Shown here: one piece after another, positions 32,801 through 42,288 of the stretch
How the letters are laid out: each line of letters opens with the position of its first letter
Numbering within the stretch: position 1 is the stretch's first letter
Source: Rhodospirillaceae bacterium TMED23
GTDB taxonomy: Bacteria; Pseudomonadota; Alphaproteobacteria; Rhodospirillales; UBA2165
Length of the DNA: 51,870 nucleotides
Assembly (NCBI GenBank): GCA_002168115.1
Contig: NHCC01000022.1
Span: 163,664-215,533, forward strand
Direction: 5' to 3'
The notes under the pieces: generated by a model
Databases searched by the model: none
Seen by the model: the letters and a program-made list of their open reading frames with translations, nothing else
Told to the model about the DNA's origin: nothing
Translations under genes and position numbers: made by a program

Positions 32801-33966
32801 GATAAAATTACATTCTTTGTTAATAATTCATTGTAAGTTTCTAGAGTTCGTAGGCACATTAATTCATTGGTATATTTTGAATTTACATGTGTTATTGCGT
32901 TCCGTGAAATAACCGAACGCTCTTGAGGGGCCATATTAAGACAAATTTTTATGGCATCAGCAAGGCTATTTGGATTATTTGGTTCAACGAGCCAACCAGT
33001 ACGACCATGTAATATTGTCTCTTTTGATCCTCCATGATCTGTTGCCACGACCATACGACCCATAGCTTGTCCTTCTACTGCGACCCTACCAAATGCCTCG
33101 GGCTCGGTGGATGCTGAAACCACGACGTCGGTTAGCATGTAAGCTGCTGGCATATCATCACAATGCCCAATTATGTTAACAGTATTTTTTAATTTAAGCT
33201 TTTTTATTTCCATCTCCAATTCATTCTTATATCTGACACGCCCTTGATCTGAACCCACAATTAAAACGTGAATTTGGCTTAAATCCAATTTATTTATGGC
33301 CCTGATGAAGTCAATTTGGCCTTTCCAACGAGTAAGCCGACCAGGGAGCATAACAATAAGTTTATCGTCAGGAAGTCTCCATTGTTTTGCTAGTTTAATT
33401 TTTCTCTCATGGCTTATATTCTGGATACTGAAATTTTCGGAGTCAAAGCCCCTGGGTATTATTCTTATTGCGGAATTATTTACACCGTATCGTTGTCTGA
33501 TATGACCAGCAATAAAATGAGAGATGGCAATTACACGAACACCTTGTGTCATAATCTTATTGTATCGCCTTTTTATAAGATTGTTATATCCGCTATAAGT
33601 CCCGTGGAATGTTGTCACGAAGGGTGTATTGGTTTTCTTTGCTGCAAACCAGCCACTCCATGCCGGTGCGCGCGATCTAAGATGAATAATGTCAACTTTA
33701 TTTTGCTTAATAATTTTGGCAAGTCTATCAATATTTTTCCAGATATTTATAGGATTTTTACTAGCCACATTCATTTTGATATGTTTAGAACCTGACCGAA
33801 CGAGTTCATTAGTCATCGGGCCTCCTGACGAAACAACAATGGAACGGCCTCCACCATTAATAATTGCTTTTGCAACGTCAACGGTCCCACGCTCAACTCC
33901 ACCAGCAACTAAATTTGGTAAAACTTGCATTATTGTTGCAGAGCTTGAATCTATTTTTCGCCTCAT
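32797..33966 (-). CDS. Glycosyltransferase family 4
   Basis: GGVERGT, HLRSRAPAW, TTFHG, PGRLTRWKG and EAFGRVAVEGQAMG. Start taken at ATG 33966; the ORF track extends to 34032. Confidence 0.88.
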   Translation of the reverse strand: MRRKIDSSSATIMQVLPNLVAGGVERGTVDVAKAIINGGGRSIVVSSGGPMTNELVRSGSKHIKMNVASKNPINIWKNIDRLAKIIKQNKVDIIHLRSRAPAWSGWFAAKKTNTPFVTTFHGTYSGYNNLIKRRYNKIMTQGVRVIAISHFIAGHIRQRYGVNNSAIRIIPRGFDSENFSIQNISHERKIKLAKQWRLPDDKLIVMLPGRLTRWKGQIDFIRAINKLDLSQIHVLIVGSDQGRVRYKNELEMEIKKLKLKNTVNIIGHCDDMPAAYMLTDVVVSASTEPEAFGRVAVEGQAMGRMVVATDHGGSKETILHGRTGWLVEPNNPNSLADAIKICLNMAPQERSVISRNAITHVNSKYTNELMCLRTLETYNELLTKNVILS

Positions 33967-34069
33967 ATCTTTATTAGCCTCTAATATCCTAACAGCATTG
34001 ACTTTAACTAATTTTCTTTCACAATTTAACAACTCTTAAAATTAACCTAATCTTACTAATGGAGAATTA

Positions 34070-34855
34070 ATGCCAACTACTTTTTCCGAAAACAACCGAT
34101 TGCCTAAAAAATTAAAAACTTCTGATGAAAATTTTATTGCCTATCATTCAACTGACATCTCAGAATTGAATAATTTACCGGGTATTATTTTTATGACGGG
34201 TTATATGTCTAACATGGATGGCAGCAAAGCTCTAGCTATTGAGGAGTTTGCCCGAGAACGCGGCCAATCTTTCGTTCGATTTGACTATTTTGGACATGGC
34301 CAATCAAGTGGTAATTTTAGTGATGGCCATATTGGAATTTGGTTAGAAAATGCTATAAGCGTTTTGGATCAACTCAGTGAAGGCCCTCAGATTTTAGTAG
34401 GATCTTCAATGGGAGGTTGGCTTATGTTCTTAGCCGCGCTTGCGCGCCCCGAACGCGTTGCTGGTTTAGTCGGTCTGGCGGCTGCTCCGGATTTTACCGA
34501 GGAACTTTTATTAAAAGAATTAACTGAAGAACAGGTAGCAGAAATTAAAGTTAATGGTCAAGTAACTGTTTCAAGTGAATATGATGATGATTATATATTT
34601 ACAAAAAAATTAATCGATGAGGGTCGTAAATATTTAATATTAAATGACAGAGTAGAAATTAATTGTCCAGTTCGCCTGTTACACGGGATTGAAGATGTAT
34701 CTGTTCCTTGGGAATTCGCAATAAAAATACAAGAACAATTAATTTCAACTGATGTAGAAGTTATATTATTAAAAAATAGCGATCATAGACTGAGCAAGCC
34801 AAATAATTTAGTGAAACTAAGGTCTGTCTTGGATGAGTTCGTGAATTGCTTTTAA
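34070..34855 (+). CDS. Alpha/beta hydrolase (ABHD10-like)
   Basis: RFDYFGHGQS, nucleophile GSSMGG, AAAPDFT, LHGIED and DHRLS. Confidence 0.88.
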   Translation: MPTTFSENNRLPKKLKTSDENFIAYHSTDISELNNLPGIIFMTGYMSNMDGSKALAIEEFARERGQSFVRFDYFGHGQSSGNFSDGHIGIWLENAISVLDQLSEGPQILVGSSMGGWLMFLAALARPERVAGLVGLAAAPDFTEELLLKELTEEQVAEIKVNGQVTVSSEYDDDYIFTKKLIDEGRKYLILNDRVEINCPVRLLHGIEDVSVPWEFAIKIQEQLISTDVEVILLKNSDHRLSKPNNLVKLRSVLDEFVNCF

Positions 34856-35692
34856 TCCTTCCCTGAACGTTGGATACAATAACTTAATGCCTAGTTCTTT
34901 TTTAATCTTTTTATTGCTAACGCGTCGATTATCACTCCAAAAAGATTTTGCCATTTTAGACATCCCTAGGATGGCCTCATCAAATGGGATTTCCGTGGGG
35001 GGGGCGACGCCCAGCAATCTTGCCGCAAACCTATCTACCATCATGGGTTCCGCTGATTCATCATCGCATACGTTGTATATACTTCCAGGGTTGGGTTTTT
35101 GAATTGAAAAAATTACTGTTTGAGCAATATCTTCAACGTGAATACGCGAGAATTGGTGCCCTTTTTTCACCACGCTTTTATTCTTACCATTCTTGATGCG
35201 TTCGATAGCAGATCTACCAAGACCATAAATTCCTGGTAATCTAAAAATATGTGCATTTAGGTCTAACCATTCTTTCTCTGCTCTAATTCGACTGAGACTT
35301 CTCTGATGAGTTGGTTTGAGTTCAGCCGTTTCGGCAACCATTGCTCCGTCAGTGTTACCGTAAACTCCTGTGGTTGATAAGTAACCTATCCATTTATTAA
35401 CACCATCCTTTGCTAAAAGGTTTTTGTAGTAATTGATTACTGGATCTTTATTTTCTCCTGGTGGAATTGATGATAAAATGGCATCAGCACTGGTTAGAGC
35501 TTCTTCAGCATCGTTGAACGGCACAGGTTTAATATTAATTTTTTTTAGGTACTCTGATTGATGTTTTTCTCGAACGGATCCAGAGAAGATCCACTTACCA
35601 TAAACATTAGCATTTTTATCTAGGAAGTATTTTATACTTCTGGCTGTGTAACCGGGGCCAAAAAAAAATAGTTTATTTGGTTTACTTCTCAT
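34817..35692 (-). CDS. Atypical SDR / NAD-dependent epimerase family protein
   Basis: FGPGY, YLSTTGVYG, FRLPGIYG, FSRIHVEDIA and YPTFREGL. Confidence 0.82.
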   Translation of the reverse strand: MRSKPNKLFFFGPGYTARSIKYFLDKNANVYGKWIFSGSVREKHQSEYLKKINIKPVPFNDAEEALTSADAILSSIPPGENKDPVINYYKNLLAKDGVNKWIGYLSTTGVYGNTDGAMVAETAELKPTHQRSLSRIRAEKEWLDLNAHIFRLPGIYGLGRSAIERIKNGKNKSVVKKGHQFSRIHVEDIAQTVIFSIQKPNPGSIYNVCDDESAEPMMVDRFAARLLGVAPPTEIPFDEAILGMSKMAKSFWSDNRRVSNKKIKKELGIKLLYPTFREGLKAIHELIQDRP

Positions 35693-35716
35693 GATTATCC
35701 AATTTTACTTGATTGA

Positions 35717-36388
35717 CTAGAAATCGGGGTCTGAGTAATGTTTCGGCGCTGGAAGACCCGGAATTGCATCCGATAAAATTTCTCTGAAGCTTGGACGAGA
35801 TTTTATTCGTGCGTACCAATTTTTTGCTGAGGGGTGATCGACCCAAGGCACATCTCCTAAGTAATCTATACATGATAAATGTGCCGCAGCCGCTATATCA
35901 GCTAGTGAAATTGTATCGCCAGCCAGCCAAAATCTTCGATCAGTTAAAAAAGTGATGTAATTAAGGTGAGTGTGTATGTTAGTCTTTGCTGCTCTTATTT
36001 CTCTTGAGTCTGGTTCTCCAAGACCCAAAAAACGTTTCATAACTTTCTCATTTACCAGTTTACAGGTGACTTCTTCATCAAATTTTTTATCAAACCATGA
36101 TACCAATCTTCGCACCTCTGCTCGGTCATATGGGTTTTCTCCTATTAGGCTAGTTTCAGGGTGCTGCTCTTCTAGATATTCACAAATTGCCATGGAGTCT
36201 GATAGAACAGTATTATCTTCTTCAATAAGGACAGGGACTTCTCCCGCGGGATTTAAGGCTAAGAAATCCCGCCTACGTTCCCAAGTTTGTTCTACCATCA
36301 TGTTGAAAACTAGGCTTTTCTCTGCTAGCGTTAATCTCACTTTGCGCGAGTGTGGAGATAACCATAAATGATAAAGGGTTCTAGCCAT
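35717..36388 (-). CDS. fzlA: Glutathione S-transferase family protein (FtsZ-binding FzlA-like)
   Basis: LSPHSRKVRL, LNPAGEVPVL, AEVRRLVSWFD, WYARIKSRPSFR and the C-terminal Y.DPDF resembling the FzlA C-terminus. Confidence 0.8.
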   Translation of the reverse strand: MARTLYHLWLSPHSRKVRLTLAEKSLVFNMMVEQTWERRRDFLALNPAGEVPVLIEEDNTVLSDSMAICEYLEEQHPETSLIGENPYDRAEVRRLVSWFDKKFDEEVTCKLVNEKVMKRFLGLGEPDSREIRAAKTNIHTHLNYITFLTDRRFWLAGDTISLADIAAAAHLSCIDYLGDVPWVDHPSAKNWYARIKSRPSFREILSDAIPGLPAPKHYSDPDF

Positions 36389-36534
36389 ATTCTTTTATTG
36401 TCTAGCTATAGGCATATCGCAACTAAAATTTGCAGATGCTCGTTACTATGAATACACATGTATCAGCCTTTTAATAATTCAGTTTCTAGTATGTTTAATA
36501 TAATAACGATTAATTAATCAAGAGTTCATATTTT

Positions 36535-37386
36535 ATGACAATTTCACAACTAATTCTACTTTCCTTTATTCAAGGTGTTACAGAGTTTTTACCAATTTCA
36601 TCATCCGGCCATTTAATCATTCTACCAAAGTTAGCAGGTTTTGAAGATCAAGGGCTAGTTATGGATGTAGCAGTGCACCTTGGGACCTTGCTGGCTGTAA
36701 TAATTTATTTTTGGCGTGATATATATAGACTTTTATTTTCGGCAGTTAATGTGTTCTTAAATACAAATAGCCAAAGTAGGTTTAATTCCGATTTTTTACT
36801 TTTGATAAAATTGCTGATATCTAGCTTACCTGTAATTTTTATGGGTTTGATATTCTCTAAATATTTTATAATTAATTTCCGTACGCTAGAGATTATTGGC
36901 TGGACAACTTTGATATTTGGAGTTTTGCTCTTTTTTTCAGATAAACTCAACATGACGATTTTAAGGATAAACCATATCTCATTTTCGGGGGCTATTTTTA
37001 TTGGTCTCATGCAAGCTGTAGCTTTAATTCCTGGAACAAGCCGATCTGGCATTACTATGACAGCTGCCCGATTTTTAGGGGTTGAGAGGCAAGATGCAGC
37101 GCGTTTCTCAATGCTTTTAGCAATCCCGGCAATATTGGGTGCAGCATCTTTAAAAAGTTATGAAGTATATATCTCAGGAAAAAATTTTATGATGATTGAA
37201 GCAGTAATATTGGTCGTTTTATCATTTGTTTTTGCTTTATTTGCCATAACCTTTTTGATGGCTTGGCTACGACGAGCTAATTTTACCCCTTTTGTCATTT
37301 ATAGAGTAGTTCTTGGCAGCCTCTTAATTTTTATAGCCTATAAAGCCCCTGAATTTAATTTTTGGAGTTATTTAGGGATATATTAG
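36535..37386 (+). CDS. uppP: Undecaprenyl-diphosphate phosphatase
   Basis: QGVTEFLPISSSGHL, PGTSRSG and AARFSMLL. Confidence 0.95.
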   Translation: MTISQLILLSFIQGVTEFLPISSSGHLIILPKLAGFEDQGLVMDVAVHLGTLLAVIIYFWRDIYRLLFSAVNVFLNTNSQSRFNSDFLLLIKLLISSLPVIFMGLIFSKYFIINFRTLEIIGWTTLIFGVLLFFSDKLNMTILRINHISFSGAIFIGLMQAVALIPGTSRSGITMTAARFLGVERQDAARFSMLLAIPAILGAASLKSYEVYISGKNFMMIEAVILVVLSFVFALFAITFLMAWLRRANFTPFVIYRVVLGSLLIFIAYKAPEFNFWSYLGIY

Positions 37387-37388
37387 AA

Positions 37389-38171
37389 TTATTCATTAAG
37401 AAGTTTCAAAGCTTTTCTATGCAAATCGTTGTCTCCAGCCGCTAGTACCCTGCCATCCGACCAAATGGATAATTTTTTTCCTGACCAATCAGAAATTTTG
37501 CCACCAGCGCCCTCTATTATTGGAACTAGTGCACAATAATCGTAAGGCTTGAGTGCTGCCTCACAAACAATGTCCGTATAGCCTGAGGCGAGTAAACCAT
37601 AGGCATAACAATCTGCTCCATAAAGAGAAAATTTTACTCGCTCGGATAGTTTATCGAAGTCTCTTTTATTTTTGTCTGCAAACATTGACGGTGAGGTTGC
37701 ATATAACCAAGCATTTTCTATGCTGGTGCAAGATCGAGAAGTTATTTTGAGATCGTTATGTGTAGATGCTAAACCTTTTGCACCAAACCAACGCTCTTTG
37801 AGTATAGGCTGATCAATGATACCTAAAATTGGTTTAGTTTTGTAACATAATGCAATCAATACTCCGAATGTAGGCTTACCGGTTATGAAAGCTTTTGTTC
37901 CGTCTATGGGATCCAGCACCCAAACGTAGTCTGAGTTCAAATTATGTGGTTTGAATTCTTCGCCGAGTATACCATGATCTGGAAATTCTGTTTGGATTTT
38001 AGATCGCATTGCTGTTTCTATTTCAAGGTCAGCAATCGTAACAGGACTGCTATCGAGTTTGTTTGAAAAGTCCTTTCGCATTCGAAAATATTTTTGAGCT
38101 ATGGGCCTTGCGAGATCCGCTAAAGTTATTGCTGTTTTAATGTAAGAGGTTTCTAAGGTCACCCTTTTCAC
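37389..38171 (-). CDS. hisN: Histidinol-phosphatase (inositol monophosphatase family)
   Basis: SPVTIAD, GEE, WVLDPIDGTKAF, DCYAYGLLASG and LKPYD. Confidence 0.85.
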   Translation of the reverse strand: MKRVTLETSYIKTAITLADLARPIAQKYFRMRKDFSNKLDSSPVTIADLEIETAMRSKIQTEFPDHGILGEEFKPHNLNSDYVWVLDPIDGTKAFITGKPTFGVLIALCYKTKPILGIIDQPILKERWFGAKGLASTHNDLKITSRSCTSIENAWLYATSPSMFADKNKRDFDKLSERVKFSLYGADCYAYGLLASGYTDIVCEAALKPYDYCALVPIIEGAGGKISDWSGKKLSIWSDGRVLAAGDNDLHRKALKLLNE

Positions 38172-38177
38172 TTTAAT

Positions 38178-38714
38178 CTATTTTGGCAATTCTACTGGAT
38201 TTTCTGATAAGTTTCGCAAATAAAGAATTACTGCGGCACGATCATTTGGTTTTTTTAATCCAGCAAAAGACATTTTTGTTCCGGGTAAATAACTTTTAGG
38301 TTTTTTTAAAAATCCTTCCATGCTCGAAAAATCCCAAGTTCCTCCTACTTTTTTTAATGCTGAAGAATAATTATAGCCGATTGACTGTCCCTTGTTTTGT
38401 CCAATAATATTATACAAATTTGGCCCAACTTTATTTTTTCCGCCCTTAACAAAACTATGACAAGCCACACATTTTTTGGCAACTTTCTTGCCTTTATCTG
38501 GGCTCGCTGATGCCAACCGAACTGAGAGAGGAAGAACTGGTTCGGGGATCTTTTTGTTTTTCGCCGATTTAACGGGTACCGAAGGCTCTTGATTGTTTGA
38601 TTGAATAGTTTTCACAGGTGGAATAAGGGAATTTCCAATATAATTGCTACCTACAATCAACCACGCAGCGGTGAGAAGGGCTGCAATAATATTATTTGTT
38701 TTCATGCTCCACAT
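38178..38714 (-). CDS. cycM: Membrane-anchored cytochrome c (CycM/c2 class)
   Basis: N-terminal TM helix, heme motif CVACH, GPNL and PGTKMSFAG (axial Met); divergent from kdsB as in many alphaproteobacteria. Confidence 0.85.
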   Translation of the reverse strand: MWSMKTNNIIAALLTAAWLIVGSNYIGNSLIPPVKTIQSNNQEPSVPVKSAKNKKIPEPVLPLSVRLASASPDKGKKVAKKCVACHSFVKGGKNKVGPNLYNIIGQNKGQSIGYNYSSALKKVGGTWDFSSMEGFLKKPKSYLPGTKMSFAGLKKPNDRAAVILYLRNLSENPVELPK

Positions 38715-38900
38715 TAACTAGCGTCCTTTTATTCTATTTGACGAAACAAACTGTTTGTATTTATAAACTTTAAAAAAAAATAATCAAATACTCTAAATTA
38801 TTAAAATAAGATATTTTTTTTTAAACCATATGGTAGAAGAATTCGTAATAACTAGATAGAAAAGTGATCTAAAAAATTACAGACGATGAATGAGGTAAAT

Positions 38901-39695
38901 ATGACTGAGCGAAATCCCTTAATTGTGATCCCCTCACAAGTAGATGAGAATGGTATTCCAAAAAAGCAGCTTCTTGATATTCAGGGAAAACCAATGATAG
39001 TTCAATCCTGGAATAGAGCTGTTGAGGCAGGCTGTGGGAACGTTATTGTAGACTGCGTTGATGATGAGATTGCTGAAGTGGTTGGAGAGGCAGGCGCTTA
39101 CACGTATCGCACCGATCCAGACCTGCATTTAAAAACCCACAATTATCGGACTGAATCCGGTGCAGATCGTGTTGCGGCGATGGTAAATAAATTTGATAGG
39201 TTTTATTGTCATGATATTATTATAAATTTACACGACGATTTACCAGCGATTGATCCAAAATATATTCGGGCATTATTATATCCTTTAGCGGATTATGAGG
39301 TGGCAATCGCAACCTTAGTTTGTCCGTTAAGTGTTGAGGACGAGAACAATGATAGTGTTGTTAAAGCCTCAGTAGAGTGGGAAGAGAATAGAAATGTTAG
39401 TTGGATAGCAGCGTCTAAAATTGGTAGAATAAAAAATCTCAGTAGAAATGTTAAAGAGTTGGGGGACGGCCCTTACTATTATCATATACCAATTTATGCT
39501 TACCAAAGACCACAACTTGATCACTTTGTTAGTCTTGAACCAACTGACAGTGAACTTAATGAGAGAATTGAGGGGAAAAGAGCGCTCGAGAATGGAATGC
39601 GTATGGACGTTGCGCTAATTGATCAGAAACCATTAGATGTTGATTGGGAGGAAGATGTAGAGCAAGCGCGCAAACTTCTAGATAAATCTCTCTAA
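38901..39695 (+). CDS. kdsB: CMP-Kdo synthetase (KdsB)-like protein with a degenerate nucleotide-binding loop
   Basis: GKPMI, ESGADR, IATL, VVKA, SR, HIPIYAY, E..RALENGMR and VD.EED follow the KdsB pattern; cycM-kdsB-pheA synteny; SD GAGGT before ATG 38901. Confidence 0.75.
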   Translation: MTERNPLIVIPSQVDENGIPKKQLLDIQGKPMIVQSWNRAVEAGCGNVIVDCVDDEIAEVVGEAGAYTYRTDPDLHLKTHNYRTESGADRVAAMVNKFDRFYCHDIIINLHDDLPAIDPKYIRALLYPLADYEVAIATLVCPLSVEDENNDSVVKASVEWEENRNVSWIAASKIGRIKNLSRNVKELGDGPYYYHIPIYAYQRPQLDHFVSLEPTDSELNERIEGKRALENGMRMDVALIDQKPLDVDWEEDVEQARKLLDKSL

Positions 39696-39745
39696 TTTTA
39701 GGCTTCGAGATGGACTTTTAACAATACACCGTTTATACGGTAAAA

Positions 39746-40609
39746 ATGAACGCAAAAAATAGTCTTATCGCATTTCAGGGGGAGTTGGGCGCAAACGGAG
39801 ATCTTGCTTGTAGAGCCGTTGCTAACGGAATGGAAACCCTGCCTTGCCATTCCTTTGAAGACACCTTTGCTGCAGTTAGAAATGGAGAGGCTGCAAAGGC
39901 TTTGATACCCATCGAAAATACAGTAGCGGGTCGGGTAGCAGACATTCATCATTTACTCCCTAACTCTGGTTTATTCATTGTCGGAGAACATTTTCAGAGA
40001 GTTGAACATCATCTTTTAGCAATAAAGGGAACAACCGTAGATCAGTTGTCGCATGTGCACAGTCACGTTCACGCTCTTAATCAATGCAGAAATACAATTA
40101 ATACTTTAAAACTCGAGCCAGTTGTTCATGTCGATACAGCTGGTGCAGCAAAAGATATCGCTGAATCTGGAGATCCTTGCCATGCTGCAATAGCAAGTCA
40201 ACTGGCTGGGCAGATTTATGGATTAGACTCTATTAGATCTAACATAGAAGATGCTCAACACAATACTACGCGATTTTTGCTTATGGCGCCAGAGTTGCTC
40301 TCGTTTCATCCCGAAGACCCAAATCTAATAACGAGTTTTATCTTCAGGGTACGCAATGTTCCGGCAGCCTTATATAAGGCGTTAGGAGGTTTTGCATCTA
40401 ACGGCGTCAACATGTTAAAGCTAGAGAGTTATCTGTTTGGAGGTGGCTTTGTGGCTGCCCAATTTTATGTTGAAGTCGAGGGACATCCTGATAGTAAACG
40501 TTTGTCACTTGCGTTAGAGGAACTCTCATTTTTTACTCATGAGGTCCGAACACTTGGCGTATATCAGCGTAATTCTGCTCGCGATAGCCTTGGTGAGAAT
40601 GGTTCATAA
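39746..40609 (+). CDS. pheA: Prephenate dehydratase
   Basis: IAFQGELGA, PIENTVAGRV, NTTRF and the ACT domain ALYKALGGFASNGVNMLKLESY. Confidence 0.95.
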   Translation: MNAKNSLIAFQGELGANGDLACRAVANGMETLPCHSFEDTFAAVRNGEAAKALIPIENTVAGRVADIHHLLPNSGLFIVGEHFQRVEHHLLAIKGTTVDQLSHVHSHVHALNQCRNTINTLKLEPVVHVDTAGAAKDIAESGDPCHAAIASQLAGQIYGLDSIRSNIEDAQHNTTRFLLMAPELLSFHPEDPNLITSFIFRVRNVPAALYKALGGFASNGVNMLKLESYLFGGGFVAAQFYVEVEGHPDSKRLSLALEELSFFTHEVRTLGVYQRNSARDSLGENGS

Positions 40610-40619
40610 ATCAATAACT

Positions 40620-41087
40620 ATGTTACCAATAGAAAACAAAGCTAAATTTCGTGAGACTAATCATAGTATGGTTCTAGAGAGTCAATGTGATGAATTAGGA
40701 CACATGAATATTCAATACTATTTTGCCACGCTTAGTGACTCGATGTTTAATTTTATGTCTATTGTTGGGGTGCCCACATCAGAAATTTCTATTAGAAAAA
40801 CAAGTTTTGTTTTATTCAAACAAGACTCAGAATTCATTGAGGAATTAACCCAAGGTGTTCAATATCGCGTGGGTACTTCGCTGGAGCAGATTGGTGGAAA
40901 ATCTTTAATATTACAGCACCGTTTTTTAAATACAGAAAAAAACTCGATAAGTTTTAAAGCCCGATTTGTTTGCGTATTTCTGGATTTAGAAAAACGCAAA
41001 GGAGTTGCAATACCAGAGTGGTTAAAGACCTCGATAAAAGAGGAGTTTCCAATCTACATTGATAACAAAGAGTTTATGTTAATTTAA
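40620..41087 (+). CDS. Hotdog-fold acyl-CoA thioesterase (4HBT/YbgC-like)
   Basis: CDELGHMNIQYY motif and VFLDLEKRKGVAIP. Start uncertain (40599 or 40620). Confidence 0.75.
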   Translation: MLPIENKAKFRETNHSMVLESQCDELGHMNIQYYFATLSDSMFNFMSIVGVPTSEISIRKTSFVLFKQDSEFIEELTQGVQYRVGTSLEQIGGKSLILQHRFLNTEKNSISFKARFVCVFLDLEKRKGVAIPEWLKTSIKEEFPIYIDNKEFMLI

Positions 41088-41093
41088 TATATT

Positions 41094-42017
41094 TTAGAAT
41101 TTCTCCAACCATGTATCAATCAGCCACCTTGAAATTGAGAGTTTTGGAGGCGGGAGCATATTATCTGAGTTGCTCATTTCTAATACTTCTTGTCGGGAAA
41201 ACCATCTTGCTTCCTCTAATTCTCCATCATGACATATTATTTCGGTAGAGGTGGCTTGCGCTGTAAAGCCCAACATAATTGATGCTGGAAAAGGCCAGGG
41301 TTGAGAAGCCTGATATTTTACGTTTTCAACTCTTATATTGGTTTCTTCAAATACTTCACGGGATACGGCTTGTTCTAACGTTTCGCCTGGCTCAACAAAA
41401 CCAGCTATTGTTGAAAACCTTAAGCCTTGAAATTTTTTATTATGCCCCAAAAGGCACTTGTCGTCAGTTGGGTGTGTTACTAACATTATTACAGCTGGAT
41501 CGGTTCGCGGAAAAATTGATTTTGAACAAGTTTCACTGATGCATTTACGTTCGTGCCCGCCATTTATTGATTTAGTTTTACTTCCACACTGCCCACAAAA
41601 CTGATTATTTTGACCCCAATAAACAAGCGCTCTAGCATATGCTAAGTATCCTGCTTCCAAATAGTCTATGCTAGTTGCAAGTAATCTAAGGTCAGCAAAA
41701 ACTGATCTTTTTGGTAGCCCCATTGAATATGGATCTTCACAATTATTAATATCCGCGGCAAAATAAATATTATTTTGGACCAAGCCTAAGAAAACTATAT
41801 CTCGAGCTTCGTTGCATATGTTTTGTGCAGTGGCTCCAGAAAGTATAATAGGTGAAGGTGTTTCTTTATTATTTTCTTGGAACAAATTCTTATCTTGCCA
41901 AACGGGTATAACGCGTGTGTTTGTATTTTTTAAATTCGATGTTAACCACATTTTATCTTTTCTAAAATGGGGAGCCCGATCTAATATAATATTTTCATGA
42001 TAAAATCTAAATGACAT
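41094..42017 (-). CDS. nudC: NADH pyrophosphatase
   Basis: Zn ribbon CGQCG..C....C, FPRTDPAVI, Nudix box GFVEPGETLEQAVSREVFEETNI and SQPWPFP; ATG 42017 is the likely start. Confidence 0.93.
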   Translation of the reverse strand: MSFRFYHENIILDRAPHFRKDKMWLTSNLKNTNTRVIPVWQDKNLFQENNKETPSPIILSGATAQNICNEARDIVFLGLVQNNIYFAADINNCEDPYSMGLPKRSVFADLRLLATSIDYLEAGYLAYARALVYWGQNNQFCGQCGSKTKSINGGHERKCISETCSKSIFPRTDPAVIMLVTHPTDDKCLLGHNKKFQGLRFSTIAGFVEPGETLEQAVSREVFEETNIRVENVKYQASQPWPFPASIMLGFTAQATSTEIICHDGELEEARWFSRQEVLEMSNSDNMLPPPKLSISRWLIDTWLEKF

Positions 42018-42144
42018 CTTATTAAGTATGCATAGATCGTTAGCGTAATCAATCATTTGGAAAATAAAACCAATATTAATAGAATTATTAAAAAATAATT
42101 CATTTTTCGAAGACCTTAGTACTTGCCACACTACCCCTATTATC

Positions 42145-42153
42145 TGTTATACT
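42145..42153 (+). promoter_or_regulatory. Extended -10 promoter of the SRP RNA
   Basis: TG-T-TATACT ends about 6 nt before the GGGAGA 5' end of ffs; TTGCCA lies upstream at 42123-42128. Confidence 0.55.
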
Positions 42154-42157
42154 TTGC

Positions 42158-42258
42158 ATGGGAGATCGACGGTGGACAAATTACTCGCCAACCCGGTCAG
42201 ATCTGGAAAGAAGCAGCCGTAACGAGATTTAATTTGGGTCGTTTGTTTGGTCTCCCAT
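42158..42258 (+). ncRNA. ffs: Signal recognition particle RNA (4.5S)
   Basis: Terminal stem ATGGGAGA/TCTCCCAT; domain IV motif GTCAGATCT-GGAA-AGAAGCAGC; canonical position directly upstream of dnaX. Confidence 0.93.
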
Positions 42259-42288
42259 CTATTTTCTTGTAAGTATATTTGACTTGTA

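Noticed and set aside
34817-34855. 39-bp convergent overlap between the hydrolase and SDR genes
   Set aside because: Short 3' overlaps are ordinary in compact genomes; nothing further supports a function.
41055-41084. dif-like sequence (GATAA...TTATGTTAATT) a few kb from xerC
   Set aside because: The spacer is 8 bp rather than 6, the XerC arm is poor, and it lies in the thioesterase coding end; likely AT-rich chance.
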